A stretch of 64,000 bases of DNA from Candidatus Omnitrophota bacterium (GCA_043820815.1 JBDRDJ010000004.1:14956-78955); one strand, 5' to 3'. Positions 17,836 to 26,847 are shown, numbered from the stretch's first letter. Numbers and translations: made by a program. Notes: generated by a model from the sequence alone, not told the origin.

Positions 17836-19506
17836 ATGAAAAGATATAAGTGGAATATAAAAGAACCTGCTAAAAACGAAGAGGCAATCGTACAAAAGTA
17901 TAATATCTCGGTTCACCTTTGCCGGGTACTTTTAAACCGCAATATTTTAGAGGAGGATTTTTTAACTTTTCTTAACTCATCTAAAGATAATTTTCACTCC
18001 CCTTATTTACTTCCCGATATAGAAAAAGCCGCAGAAAGGATAAAATGTTCCCTCCAAAGCAACGAACATATATTTATTTACGGTGATTATGACGTTGACG
18101 GCATAACTTCCCTGGCCATTTTTTATGAGTATATAAAGAATTTTCCAGGGTCATTTACATTTTATATCCCGCACCGGGTGCATGAAGGTTACGGTTTAAA
18201 TATTGAGGCAATCAAGAAAGCAAAAGAGAAAGGAGCGGGTTTGATTGTTGCTTTTGACTGCGGGACAAATTCAGAAGAAGAAATTACCTTGGCTAATTCC
18301 TACGGAATTGATGTTGTTGTAATTGACCACCATCATCCCCGGGACTGTTCTAATTCCTGTTTTGCGTTTGTAAATCCTAAAAGGAAAGATTCCAAATACC
18401 CTTTCTTAGATTTAAGCGCCGGGGCTTTATCTTTTAAACTGCTGCAAGTGTTGACCAGGAAGGATTGTTTTGAGGTTTTGGACCTGGTCGCCCTTTCTCT
18501 TGTTTGCGATGTTGTTCCCCTAAGAGGAGAAAACCGGATATTATTAAAAGAAGGGCTTTTATCCATCAAACAAAGCAAGCGTAACGCGATACAGGCGTTG
18601 TGTTCGGCAGCTAAAATAAAACAGCAAAATTTAGATGTTTTTCATTTAGGCTATATTTTAGGCCCGCGCATTAATGCTTCAGGCAGAATTGCCCATGCCA
18701 AAGACGCACTGAATATGTTTATTTCCAAAGACAGCGATGAGGTCAAAAACATGGCGTTAAAATTGATAGAATACAATATCCTTCGCAGAAACGTTGAAGC
18801 GGATATTCTTAAGCAGGCAGACGATAAGCTTAAGAATGATTTTAATGATAAGCATGCTTTGGTTGTGCATGGAGACGGATGGCATCCGGGGGTTCTGGGG
18901 ATTGTTGCCTCGCGCCTTTGCGATAAGTATTACCGTCCGGCATTCGTGATTTCTTTCGATGACAATGTCGGTGTTGGCTCAGCAAGGTCAATTGAAAATA
19001 TCCATCTTGCTGAAATGCTCGGTAAATGTTCGGATATACTTTGCGGATATGGCGGCCATAAAAAGGCAGCCGGCATACAAATTACCAAAGATCAGCTAAG
19101 CTCTTTCAGTATAAGAATAAACAGCCTTATTAAAGATAACACAGACCCGAAAGATTTTATCCCCTCTTTAGAGATTGACTGCATTTTGAGGTTTAACGAA
19201 ATAAATAATAAGTTTATAGAAGAGCTGGAAACGCTTAAGCCTTTTGGAGAAGAAAATCCAAAGCCGCAATTTGTAAGTTTTTCGGTAAAGAAAAAGTCTG
19301 CTCCGAAAAAGATCGGCAGCGGTTATTGCCTGTGGGTTACGGATGAAAACACAGTCTTTGAAGCGGTATTTTACGATAAGGATATGTTTGAAATTATCAG
19401 CTACGGCGAAACTTTCGATATTGTTTATTCTCTAAGAATGAATACCTATCACGATATACCGAAGCTTATGCTAAAAGATGTGCGTTTAGCCAGAGACAAA
19501 AGTTAG
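17836..19506 (+). CDS. recJ: Single-stranded-DNA-specific exonuclease RecJ
   Basis: DYDVDGITS, DCG, VIDHH (DHH family) and GGHKKAAG motifs. Confidence 0.9.
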   Translation: MKRYKWNIKEPAKNEEAIVQKYNISVHLCRVLLNRNILEEDFLTFLNSSKDNFHSPYLLPDIEKAAERIKCSLQSNEHIFIYGDYDVDGITSLAIFYEYIKNFPGSFTFYIPHRVHEGYGLNIEAIKKAKEKGAGLIVAFDCGTNSEEEITLANSYGIDVVVIDHHHPRDCSNSCFAFVNPKRKDSKYPFLDLSAGALSFKLLQVLTRKDCFEVLDLVALSLVCDVVPLRGENRILLKEGLLSIKQSKRNAIQALCSAAKIKQQNLDVFHLGYILGPRINASGRIAHAKDALNMFISKDSDEVKNMALKLIEYNILRRNVEADILKQADDKLKNDFNDKHALVVHGDGWHPGVLGIVASRLCDKYYRPAFVISFDDNVGVGSARSIENIHLAEMLGKCSDILCGYGGHKKAAGIQITKDQLSSFSIRINSLIKDNTDPKDFIPSLEIDCILRFNEINNKFIEELETLKPFGEENPKPQFVSFSVKKKSAPKKIGSGYCLWVTDENTVFEAVFYDKDMFEIISYGETFDIVYSLRMNTYHDIPKLMLKDVRLARDKS

Positions 19507-19719
19507 ATTACCTTTCTTGAGGCACTTTGCACAAATCAGAATTTTGGTAACTTTTCCCTTATCAATGACCCGCTTGCTTTGGAGGTTAGGCAGGAATTTT
19601 CTTTTGGTTTTTCCTGTGGTTTTCTTTCCAACCCCGCCTTTTTTCTTAGCAAGGCCTCTTCTTGTAATTGAGTTTCCGGTAATAGACCTTTTACCGCACA
19701 CTTGACATTGTCTACTCAT
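19486..19719 (-). CDS. rpmB: 50S ribosomal protein L28
   Basis: MSRQCQVCGKRSITGNSITRRG…KRKFLPNLQ. Confidence 0.9.
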   Translation of the reverse strand: MSRQCQVCGKRSITGNSITRRGLAKKKGGVGKKTTGKTKRKFLPNLQSKRVIDKGKVTKILICAKCLKKGNLTFVSG

Positions 19720-19823
19720 TTTATTCTCCTGTTTTTAGTATTTTCTGAAAACGCTTACTTTATCTGCGGTTAACAATTAAAGTTTCCGATAACCCTTGAA
19801 AAATATAGGTTTTTAATGCACTT

Positions 19824-19851
19824 AATATACTGATAAATCCAATATTGTCAA
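19824..19851 (-). promoter_or_regulatory. Putative rpmB promoter
   Basis: Minus strand TTGACA (19846-19851), 16-nt spacer, TATATT (19824-19829). Confidence 0.45.
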
Positions 19852-19870
19852 GAAAAAAAACTAAGCTGCC

Positions 19871-20132
19871 TTGACATGAAGTTTTTAATGTGTTATTGAT
19901 TATGTGTAGTTCTTTTACAAGATGGTTAATAGCGATAAAGGCAAACTTCACGAAAGTGAAGGGCGGCACAAAAGGGTTTATAAGAAAACCTTTTGTGCCA
20001 CCGTATTCCCGTTTAAAAGCGGGATTTACGGAGCAAAGCTAAGAGAACCTAAGGTCAATTAGGCTATGGTAGTCAGCTGCCGCAATGTATATAACTTTTT
20101 TAGAACCCATAGCTTTTGCTATGGGTTTTTTT
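19871..20132 (+). ncRNA. Candidate structured RNA (riboswitch-like leader or sRNA) with its own promoter and terminator
   Basis: TTGACA 19871-19876, 17-nt spacer, TGtTATTGA extended -10. GAAA-tetraloop hairpin TTCAC-GAAA-GTGAA, a 15-bp hairpin GGCACAAAAGG…CCTTTTGTGCC, and hairpin CCGTA..CCCG…CGGG..TACGG. Terminator at 20104-20132; class not identified. Confidence 0.45.
20104..20132 (+). terminator. Rho-independent terminator
   Basis: AACCCATAGC-tttt-GCTATGGGTT followed by a T-run; upstream GCTATGG (20063-20069) could compete as an antiterminator. Confidence 0.7.
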
Positions 20133-20147
20133 ATTTGAGGGCAAATG

Positions 20148-20257
20148 ACCTAAATAAGATACTTCGTCCGCCTGTGGCGGACTCAGTATCAATTCGCACA
20201 GCGGCTTATGTTCGCTCATTTCATTCGCTCCATAAACCGCGTGCTCATTGAAGGAGG
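20148..20257 (+). promoter_or_regulatory. Repeated two-hairpin 5' leader, copy B
   Basis: Same element as 13318-13426 (a few substitutions); GAAGGAGG lies 6 nt before ATG 20264. Confidence 0.7.
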
Positions 20258-20263
20258 TGAGTT

Positions 20264-20605
20264 ATGGCTAAGAAGTTCGTGGTTTTAGTATGCAGTGCGC
20301 TTATGCTCATTACGGCATCGACCGCTTATTGCGTTAACCACAGCCCCGTAACAAAATTCGGAAGAGGCGTTGTTAACGGAGCTACTTGCTGGATTGAGGT
20401 TCCGAAGCAAATTTATCTTACATCTTTAGAGTATGATCCTTTAGTCGGGATAACTTTCGGCGCGGTTAAAGGGTCTTGCTATGCAGTATTGCGTGCAGCA
20501 TCGGCTGGCTATGATACTGCATTCTTTTTGCTTCCGCCCTATGATAAAGCGGTCTTGATGCCGGAATTTGTATTTGAGGGATGGGAAGTAGAGCAGCAGT
20601 ATTAG
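20264..20605 (+). CDS. Small secreted protein, resembles the exosortase-associated TIGR04073 family
   Basis: Signal peptide; KFGRGVVNGATCWIEVPKQI … GAVKGSCYAVLRAASAGYDTAFFLLPPY recalls TIGR04073 (from memory). Confidence 0.5.
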   Translation: MAKKFVVLVCSALMLITASTAYCVNHSPVTKFGRGVVNGATCWIEVPKQIYLTSLEYDPLVGITFGAVKGSCYAVLRAASAGYDTAFFLLPPYDKAVLMPEFVFEGWEVEQQY

Positions 20606-20694
20606 TTAAGCCATAGAAAGAAATATATTCAGAAAATAGGGACAGTTTTGTTTTTCCATGTTGTTTTTGCGGGAAAACAGGCTAGTCCCTTTTT

Positions 20695-21798
20695 TCATTC
20701 AAAGAGGCCGGGTGTTTCATTCTTTACATATAAAGATTCAATTTTGCTAAGAAGGACATGATTATTTGTTTTACGGCAAAGTTTCCTTGCTTTCCTAAAA
20801 TGCCCGTCGGCTTTAGAGCGGTTTCCCTGGGCCAGATAAACCATCCCCATATTATAATAGATAGCGGGGTTTTCTTTATCTAATGACTTGGCTTTTTGAA
20901 GGGTTTCTAGAGCCTCTGGATATTGGCTGAGTTTACCGTGGGCGCTTCCTAAGTTAGTATATGCCTTTGTAAAAAGAGGATCCAGCGATATCGTGCGCTT
21001 AAAGCATTCAATGGCTTTAGCGAACTCTCCTTTGCTTGCATATACAATACCCAATCTAAAATGGGCTTGTGGGCTATTGGGGTTGATAGAAGCGCTTTCA
21101 GAAATAAGCTCCAGGGCTTTATCAAGATCTTTTTGCTGGAAGGCTTCGGAGCCGCTCTTAAGAAATTCTTCGGATAGGCTTATGCTGTCTTTTTTTCGTA
21201 GGGGGGTTTCTGAATCATCTATAAGTGATTCTTTTGACAGATTTAAATTCTCATCATCATTTTTTGGTTCAATTTCAGGAATCTTTTTGCCAATTTTATC
21301 GTAACTTCTGTCAAAGCCTCTTTTTGCTTCTTCAAACGATGGGTTGATTTCCAGCGCTTTTAAGAAATTATCCGCAGAATCTGGATATTGCCCCAGTTCA
21401 TATAAACATAAGCCAAGATTATAGAATAAGATATCTAATTTACTGTAATCTCCTCCGGCCAGCTCTAAGGCTTTGGAAAGAAGGCCTTTTGCATCAGTAT
21501 ATCTTTTTTCTTTGAGTGCAACTACCCCAAGGTTTATATGGGCATCGGGCTTGTCAGGAGAAATCTTTAGTGCGGTTTCAAAGGCGTTTTTTGCATCATC
21601 AAAATTATCTGAGCTTAAGTGGTTGTTCCCGCTAAGGATTTGCTCCCGGTAGTTCAGCTCAATTTCTATAATTTCAATCTTGCTGCCTTCTTGAGTCTGG
21701 CTTTGTGCCGAATTAGAAAGATCTGGTTGGGAGAAAGATTTAACTGTGACAAAAGAAGCAACCAGAAAGAAAACGATAGTTTTCATTATATTTCGCAT
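20695..21798 (-). CDS. Secreted TPR-repeat protein
   Basis: Signal peptide plus repeated TPR-like A..F..AL...P…A…LG units. Confidence 0.75.
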   Translation of the reverse strand: MRNIMKTIVFFLVASFVTVKSFSQPDLSNSAQSQTQEGSKIEIIEIELNYREQILSGNNHLSSDNFDDAKNAFETALKISPDKPDAHINLGVVALKEKRYTDAKGLLSKALELAGGDYSKLDILFYNLGLCLYELGQYPDSADNFLKALEINPSFEEAKRGFDRSYDKIGKKIPEIEPKNDDENLNLSKESLIDDSETPLRKKDSISLSEEFLKSGSEAFQQKDLDKALELISESASINPNSPQAHFRLGIVYASKGEFAKAIECFKRTISLDPLFTKAYTNLGSAHGKLSQYPEALETLQKAKSLDKENPAIYYNMGMVYLAQGNRSKADGHFRKARKLCRKTNNHVLLSKIESLYVKNETPGLFE

Positions 21799-21800
21799 AG

Positions 21801-23741
21801 TTACATCTCCTGCCTGAGTTGTTTTTCGGCATCAACAACATCGCGGTTTACTTTTTTAAGACAGTTGATTATGTTTTGGCGTAAATGATTACTTATTTGA
21901 TTTGAAGAATATAGTTCACGCAAAACCTGTATTGCCATTCTGAAATACCTTACGATTTCTCCCTCATCTATATGGCAGATTTTATTTAAAGCAGAGAATT
22001 CGGCTCCATGATACCATAATCTTGCCGCTTCGCTCAAGTAGAAAAAAAACCTTTTACTTAAGGGGTATATTCTATATTTACGTTCCCGGTTGTGTATATC
22101 TTTTATCAGGCTGTCCATTCTTCTTTTAAGTAATTTTGTTGGTTTATTCAGATCCGGCCGCCTCTGGCCCTTCCGGGGTTCATATACAAGGGCGGTTACA
22201 AGAACGAAAAGTGTTTCTCCGTCAAGATCATCAAGAAAATTGTCTTCGAAAAGCTCGCCTATAGCAAGCTCAAAACTATAAATGCTTGAAACGAATTTTC
22301 CTTTTATGCTCAAGCCGGAACCGGTAATGTAGCCGAAATCTTTAAGAAGAGCGAGTTTTCTTTTTAAAAGGCCCAAGACTTGATTTTTTTGCCATTCTTT
22401 ACTCTGGAAAAAGTGAAATGACTTAGGGTAGATATCGTAAATCCTTTCACCCATAAGGTCATAAAGGTTTAAGCATGTGGCATAGCATGAGTTAAGCTGG
22501 CTCATTATCGGTTCATAATTACCGTAGATAATGTTTTCAAGTGATTTCATATCGATATGAGAGGGGTTAACGCGCGAAAAAACAAACCCTTTTGAATCAA
22601 TTCCCCTGCGGCCAGCCCGGCCGGCCATCTGGTAGAAATCCCGGGTTTTAAGATAGCCGTGGGCTCTTGCGTAAAATTTGCTCAATGCGTCAAAAACAAC
22701 TGTTTTTGCGGGCATGTTAATCCCTAAGGCAAAAGTTTCTGTAGTAAAAATAAGTTTTATTAATCCGGTTGTAAAAAGTTGTTCGATGATTTCTTTTATG
22801 GTAGGAAGAAGGCCTGCGTGATGATAAGCTATGCCGCGTTTTAATATCAGGTTTAAAAAAGATATATGAGCAGATGAGCTTATGTTGAATTTAGCAAGGA
22901 GCCCTTCGAATTGGCTAATAATTTTATTACTTTCAGAAGGCGACAAGAAGTTAAGGTGGCTTGCTTCATGAGCGAGTATTTCACAGCGTTTTCGTGAGAA
23001 TGAAAAATAAATAGCAGGCAGGCCGTTCATTTGATCTATATCTTTAAAGAGGGTGCGGGTCCGGTTTGGCTTTGAAAAATTATAGCTTTCCTGATAGGAA
23101 CGGTTTTTTAAAGCAGAACACAGGAGTTGAGATTTTTTTAGGGACGAAAGGTTAGGAAATAACTCATTGTCACACTGAAAAAGAAAATTAAGCGGTACCG
23201 GCCTTTCTTTCTCAATTACCGTACGCAGGGGGTGGTTGTGCACTTTGCCCAGCCAGGTTATAAATTCATCTATGTTCGGAATAGTTGCGCTTAACGCCAG
23301 CATTCTCATATGGTTAGGCAGAAGAATTATTGTTTCTTCCCAGACTGTACCGCGTTCAATATCGTCAAGGTAATGAATTTCATCAAAAATTATCCACTCC
23401 CTTTTTCTAAATTCGTCTTCCTCAACCAAAATAGCATTACGGAATATCTCAGTGGTCATAATCAGAACAGGGGCAGTCCTGTTTATGCTGACGTCTCCGG
23501 TGAGAATTCCTACGCATCCGGGATATTTCTTAGAAAAGTCTCTAAATTTCTGGTTGCTCAGCGCTTTTATAGGGGCGGTATAAACAACCCCTTTGTTAGC
23601 TTTCATACAGTCTTCTATTATGTGTTCGGCAATCAATGTTTTTCCGGCCCCGGTAGGCGCGCTGACAATTACCGAGTGCCCGCGCCGGGAATAATCAATT
23701 GCTTCTTTTTGGAAGTCATCAAGTTGAAATTCTCTTTCCAT
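21801..23741 (-). CDS. Ski2-like (HelY-type) DEAD/DEAH-box helicase
   Basis: SAPTGAGKT, FDEIHYLDD, LSATIPN, QMAGRAGRRG and a C-terminal DSHCT-like EGEIVRYFRM; start moved to MEREFQLDDFQ (the track N-terminus runs into the promoter palindrome). Confidence 0.8.
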   Translation of the reverse strand: MEREFQLDDFQKEAIDYSRRGHSVIVSAPTGAGKTLIAEHIIEDCMKANKGVVYTAPIKALSNQKFRDFSKKYPGCVGILTGDVSINRTAPVLIMTTEIFRNAILVEEDEFRKREWIIFDEIHYLDDIERGTVWEETIILLPNHMRMLALSATIPNIDEFITWLGKVHNHPLRTVIEKERPVPLNFLFQCDNELFPNLSSLKKSQLLCSALKNRSYQESYNFSKPNRTRTLFKDIDQMNGLPAIYFSFSRKRCEILAHEASHLNFLSPSESNKIISQFEGLLAKFNISSSAHISFLNLILKRGIAYHHAGLLPTIKEIIEQLFTTGLIKLIFTTETFALGINMPAKTVVFDALSKFYARAHGYLKTRDFYQMAGRAGRRGIDSKGFVFSRVNPSHIDMKSLENIIYGNYEPIMSQLNSCYATCLNLYDLMGERIYDIYPKSFHFFQSKEWQKNQVLGLLKRKLALLKDFGYITGSGLSIKGKFVSSIYSFELAIGELFEDNFLDDLDGETLFVLVTALVYEPRKGQRRPDLNKPTKLLKRRMDSLIKDIHNRERKYRIYPLSKRFFFYLSEAARLWYHGAEFSALNKICHIDEGEIVRYFRMAIQVLRELYSSNQISNHLRQNIINCLKKVNRDVVDAEKQLRQEM

Positions 23742-23847
23742 AACAAGAGTATTATAGCAGATATATTTAAAAACATATATCGAAAGATTATTAGCCAATA
23801 TCGCGGCAATAAAGAACCGAGGGTCGTTATCGCGGCAGTTAATTTCC

Positions 23848-23890
23848 AAACATAACATTAGAATCGACGACCGTTCATTCTAATGTTATA
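23848..23890 (+). promoter_or_regulatory. Palindromic promoter/operator cassette, copy 1
   Basis: AACATTAGAAT-cgacgaccgttc-ATTCTAATGTT; loop holds a -35-like TCGACG. The 3' arm runs into TGtTATAAT (TATAAT 23887-23892), 6 nt before GTG 23899. Confidence 0.55.
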
Positions 23891-23898
23891 ATAGAATT

Positions 23899-24723
23899 GT
23901 GAGCAAAAAGTTAAATAAAATTTTATACGGCGGTAAGAAAATCGTGGAGCGGACACTTTCCGATTTTATTGACAGTTTTTTGTTTCTTCTTTATTTTTCC
24001 ACGCCACCATACACGACAAAGGTGCTGAGCGTCTTCGCACCTGAATTTAAAACATCAAATTTGAATATGCAAATAAGCAGGCTTTATAAAAAAGGGTATA
24101 TTTCTAAAATTAGAAAAGGGAAAAGCGTATTCGTTTCGCTCGTTGAAAACTTCTGGAAGATTAAAGAGAATTCTATCGAAGAAAAAAATAATAAACATAA
24201 AAAGAAATGGGATAAGAAATGGCGCCTGCTTATTTATGATATTCCGGAGGAGAAAAAGAGGCGAAGAAATAGGCTACGAAGATACATTAAAGATTTAGGG
24301 TATGGTAAGGTTCAAGATAGCTGCTGGGTATCGTGTTATGATTTTGGGGATCAGCTTTATAGATTTGCGCGGCAAGAAAATATCCTGGATTACCTCTGTA
24401 TTTATGAAGGAAAATTTTTTATTGGAAAGAAGATTGATGATATGGTTGAGGAAATTTGGCAGTTAAAAAAATTGCATAAAAGATATGATGAGTTAATTAA
24501 AAATTGCTCTGAAGCTATAGAGACAGTAAGGACAAGAGATGCCGAAGCTAGCCAATGGTATAGTCTTTACTATTATCTTTATAAGGATTACATTGCTATT
24601 CTAAAAGATGATCCGTGTCTTCCCGTTGAGTTTTTAAAAGGCCGGTCACGCCATAATGCAGAAAGCATATTTAAAAAATTTGTTAGCTGCATCTCTAAAG
24701 AATTAAAGGGCTTTCAGCCATAA
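23899..24723 (+). CDS. PaaX-family transcriptional regulator-like protein
   Basis: WDKKWRLLIYDIPEEKKRRRNRLRRYIKDLGYGKVQDSCWVS matches the PaaX central motif; GTG start with no SD (possibly leaderless). Confidence 0.55.
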   Translation: MSKKLNKILYGGKKIVERTLSDFIDSFLFLLYFSTPPYTTKVLSVFAPEFKTSNLNMQISRLYKKGYISKIRKGKSVFVSLVENFWKIKENSIEEKNNKHKKKWDKKWRLLIYDIPEEKKRRRNRLRRYIKDLGYGKVQDSCWVSCYDFGDQLYRFARQENILDYLCIYEGKFFIGKKIDDMVEEIWQLKKLHKRYDELIKNCSEAIETVRTRDAEASQWYSLYYYLYKDYIAILKDDPCLPVEFLKGRSRHNAESIFKKFVSCISKELKGFQP

Positions 24724-24746
24724 AATTAAAACAATTTTCCTAATTC

Positions 24747-24793
24747 AAACATAACGTTAGAATCGACGACCGTTCATTCTAATGTTATGTTTG
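24747..24793 (+). promoter_or_regulatory. Palindromic promoter/operator cassette, copy 2
   Basis: CAAACATAACGTTAGAAT-cgacgaccgttc-ATTCTAATGTTATGTTTG; ~40 nt identical to copy 1, 57 nt upstream of the SGNH hydrolase gene. Confidence 0.55.
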
Positions 24794-24849
24794 AAGTGGC
24801 TATGGCGGCGGTTTTAGAAATATTTTTGTTAAAAAAATTTAAATTTTAA

Positions 24850-25455
24850 ATGGTGCCAAAAAAATTATTTATCCTTTTTCCATTTTTGATTTTATGTAAT
24901 GCTTGCACCCCGGCTATTAAAAACCTAAATAATGAAGGTTTATCAGTCGTATGTTTAGGGGATAGCATTGCTTCAGGATCAGGGGTTAAAAAGGAGGAGT
25001 CGTTTATAGGCATTCTTGAGCGTAAGATTTCTAAACCGATAATAAATTCCGGAATAGCAGGAGATACGACCGAAAATGCCCTGAGACGCATAGAAAGAGA
25101 TGTATTGTCAAAAGCCCCTTTTTTAGTAATAGTTGAATTAGGCGGCAATGATTACCTAAGAAAAGTTCCCAAAAGCAGCACATTTAGAAACTTAGAGGGG
25201 ATAATAATTAAAATTCAGGGATATGGCGCGGCTGTTGTGTTGTGTGATGTCAGCAGTAATTCTATATTGGCGGGTTACAACAGCGGTTTTAAAAAGCTTT
25301 CAAAGAGAACCGGTTCCATTTTAGTGCCGCGCATGATGCGCGGAATTTTAGATGACCCGTCAAAAAAATCCGACTTCATCCATCCTAACAAAGAAGGCCA
25401 CCGTTTGATAGCCCAGCGTATCTATGAAGAAATTTCAAAGTATTTCGATTTCTAA
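24850..25455 (+). CDS. SGNH/GDSL-family esterase/lipase (secreted)
   Basis: VVCLGDSIASGSG (block I), GGNDY (block III), DFIHPNKEGH (block V); N-terminal signal. Confidence 0.8.
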   Translation: MVPKKLFILFPFLILCNACTPAIKNLNNEGLSVVCLGDSIASGSGVKKEESFIGILERKISKPIINSGIAGDTTENALRRIERDVLSKAPFLVIVELGGNDYLRKVPKSSTFRNLEGIIIKIQGYGAAVVLCDVSSNSILAGYNSGFKKLSKRTGSILVPRMMRGILDDPSKKSDFIHPNKEGHRLIAQRIYEEISKYFDF

Positions 25456-25559
25456 TCATAGTTATTCCGGATAGCCTTAAAGGGTTTACATCCAACGCCG
25501 TGAAGGATTAAATTAAGAAGTTTAGGCCAATAGCCATTTGCCATAGGTAATTTGCTATT

Positions 25560-25646
25560 TGGTGCCGGAGGAGGGAGTTGAACCCTCACCTCCTTGCGGA
25601 GACTGGATTTTGAGTCCAGCGCGTCTGCCAATTCCACCACTCCGGC
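25560..25646 (-). tRNA. tRNA-Leu(CAA), CCA encoded
   Basis: Reverse complement GCCGGAGTGGTGGAATTGGCAGACGCGCTGGACTCAAAATCCAG…GGGTTCAACTCCCTCCTCCGGCACCA; long variable arm. Confidence 0.85.
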
Positions 25647-25700
25647 TTAATGGCAAATTGCCTGTGGCAAATGCCTAATGGTTAGCAATTATTCGATAAG

Positions 25701-25758
25701 ATAATAACATTACGTATTTTCTTTGTCAATTGACAATTTCCCTCTACAATGGTAATAT
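25701..25758. promoter_or_regulatory. Back-to-back divergent promoters for tRNA-Leu (-) and tRNA-Ala (+)
   Basis: Palindrome TTGTCAATTGACAA. Plus strand: TTGACA 25730-25735, 17 nt, TAATAT 25753-25758. Minus strand: TTGACA (25724-25729), 17 nt, TATTAT (25701-25706). Confidence 0.65.
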
Positions 25759-25820
25759 CTCTCTTAAATTAGATTGTAGGGAGGTCGCGATCGTTCCCTA
25801 CAAATAAAATTTTCTTGATA

Positions 25821-25893
25821 GGGGCCGTGGTGCAGCTGGGAGCACGCGACACTGGCAGTGTTGAGGTCAGGGGTTCGAATCCCCTCGGCTCCA
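25821..25893 (+). tRNA. tRNA-Ala(GGC)
   Basis: Acceptor GGGGCCG/CGGCTCC with G3:U70, loop CT-GGC-AG, T-arm AGGGG-TTCGAAT-CCCCT. Confidence 0.85.
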
Positions 25894-25913
25894 TTTAAAA
25901 ATAATAATTACAA

Positions 25914-26768
25914 TTGTTAAGATTAGGCGCACACGTATCCATTTCAGGGCATATTTACCTTTCTATAGAGAGGGCTCTTAAACTGCGTTGCAATACAATG
26001 CAGATATTTTCCCGGAATCCCCGCCAGATAAGAAGAGGTTTTATCTCCGAAGGCGATATCAAAATTTTCAGGCAAAAACTAAAAGAATCAGGAATTTACT
26101 CTTTTATCGTCCACATACCTTACACTTTGAATTTAGCTGCCCCTAAGAAACGTTTTTATGCAATTACTATTAGAGAATTTACTGAAGACCTTAAGGAAGC
26201 CGGGAGACTGGGAGCCGATTTTTTAGTTACTCATCCCGGAAGCAGCAAGGGGCTTTCCAAGAATAAAGGATTAAAGAGGATTATCGAGGCTTTAAGGCTT
26301 ATTCTTCATCAAGCGCGCGGCGTTAAAACAAAAATACTTTTAGAAAATGTTTCAGGCAGCGGTGATTGGCTGGGGTCTACATTCGCTGAATTAGGAGAAA
26401 TTATAAAGGGAGTATCTTTTAACAGGAAGGTCGGGATTTGCCTTGATACTTGCCATGCTTTTTGCGCCGGCTACCCTTTAAACACCGCAGGCGGCCTTAA
26501 GGAGATGATTAAAGAAATTGACAGGGAAGTAGGGGTTAGGCGTCTTAAAGCCATTCACCTTAATGATACCAATGATGATTTAGGTTCTAAGAAAGACAGG
26601 CACAGCCATATTGGAAAAGGAAAAATCGGCCTCGAAGGGTTTAGCCGCATAATAAATCATCCCCTTTTCAGGAATATACCTTTTATAATTGAAACACCTA
26701 AGGAATCTGAAGAGGACGACTTAAATAATTTAACAACCATAAGGAAACTTTACGCAAATTCAGGATAA
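25914..26768 (+). CDS. nfo: Deoxyribonuclease IV (endonuclease IV)
   Basis: GAHVS…, LVTHPGS, LENVSG, CLDTCH, HLNDT AP-endonuclease family 2 motifs. Confidence 0.9.
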   Translation: MLRLGAHVSISGHIYLSIERALKLRCNTMQIFSRNPRQIRRGFISEGDIKIFRQKLKESGIYSFIVHIPYTLNLAAPKKRFYAITIREFTEDLKEAGRLGADFLVTHPGSSKGLSKNKGLKRIIEALRLILHQARGVKTKILLENVSGSGDWLGSTFAELGEIIKGVSFNRKVGICLDTCHAFCAGYPLNTAGGLKEMIKEIDREVGVRRLKAIHLNDTNDDLGSKKDRHSHIGKGKIGLEGFSRIINHPLFRNIPFIIETPKESEEDDLNNLTTIRKLYANSG

Positions 26769-26847
26769 TAAGCAAAATGAACAATCGGTTTGTATCCGGA
26801 ATCAGGTTCAATATTGTCTTTAAAACCTTAAATGATATAATCTTACT

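Noticed and set aside
19930-20000. Calling the structured RNA a c-di-GMP-I riboswitch
   Set aside because: Only the 5' half (AAAGGCAAAC-stem-GAAA-stem-GGG) resembles the remembered consensus, and the conserved ACGCAAAGCC segment and the 3' half do not match. It is kept as an unclassified RNA candidate.
23742-23858. N-terminal 39 codons of the helicase ORF (start 23858)
   Set aside because: The extension runs into the promoter palindrome and has no RBS. The conserved helicase N-terminus begins at MEREFQLDDFQ (23741).
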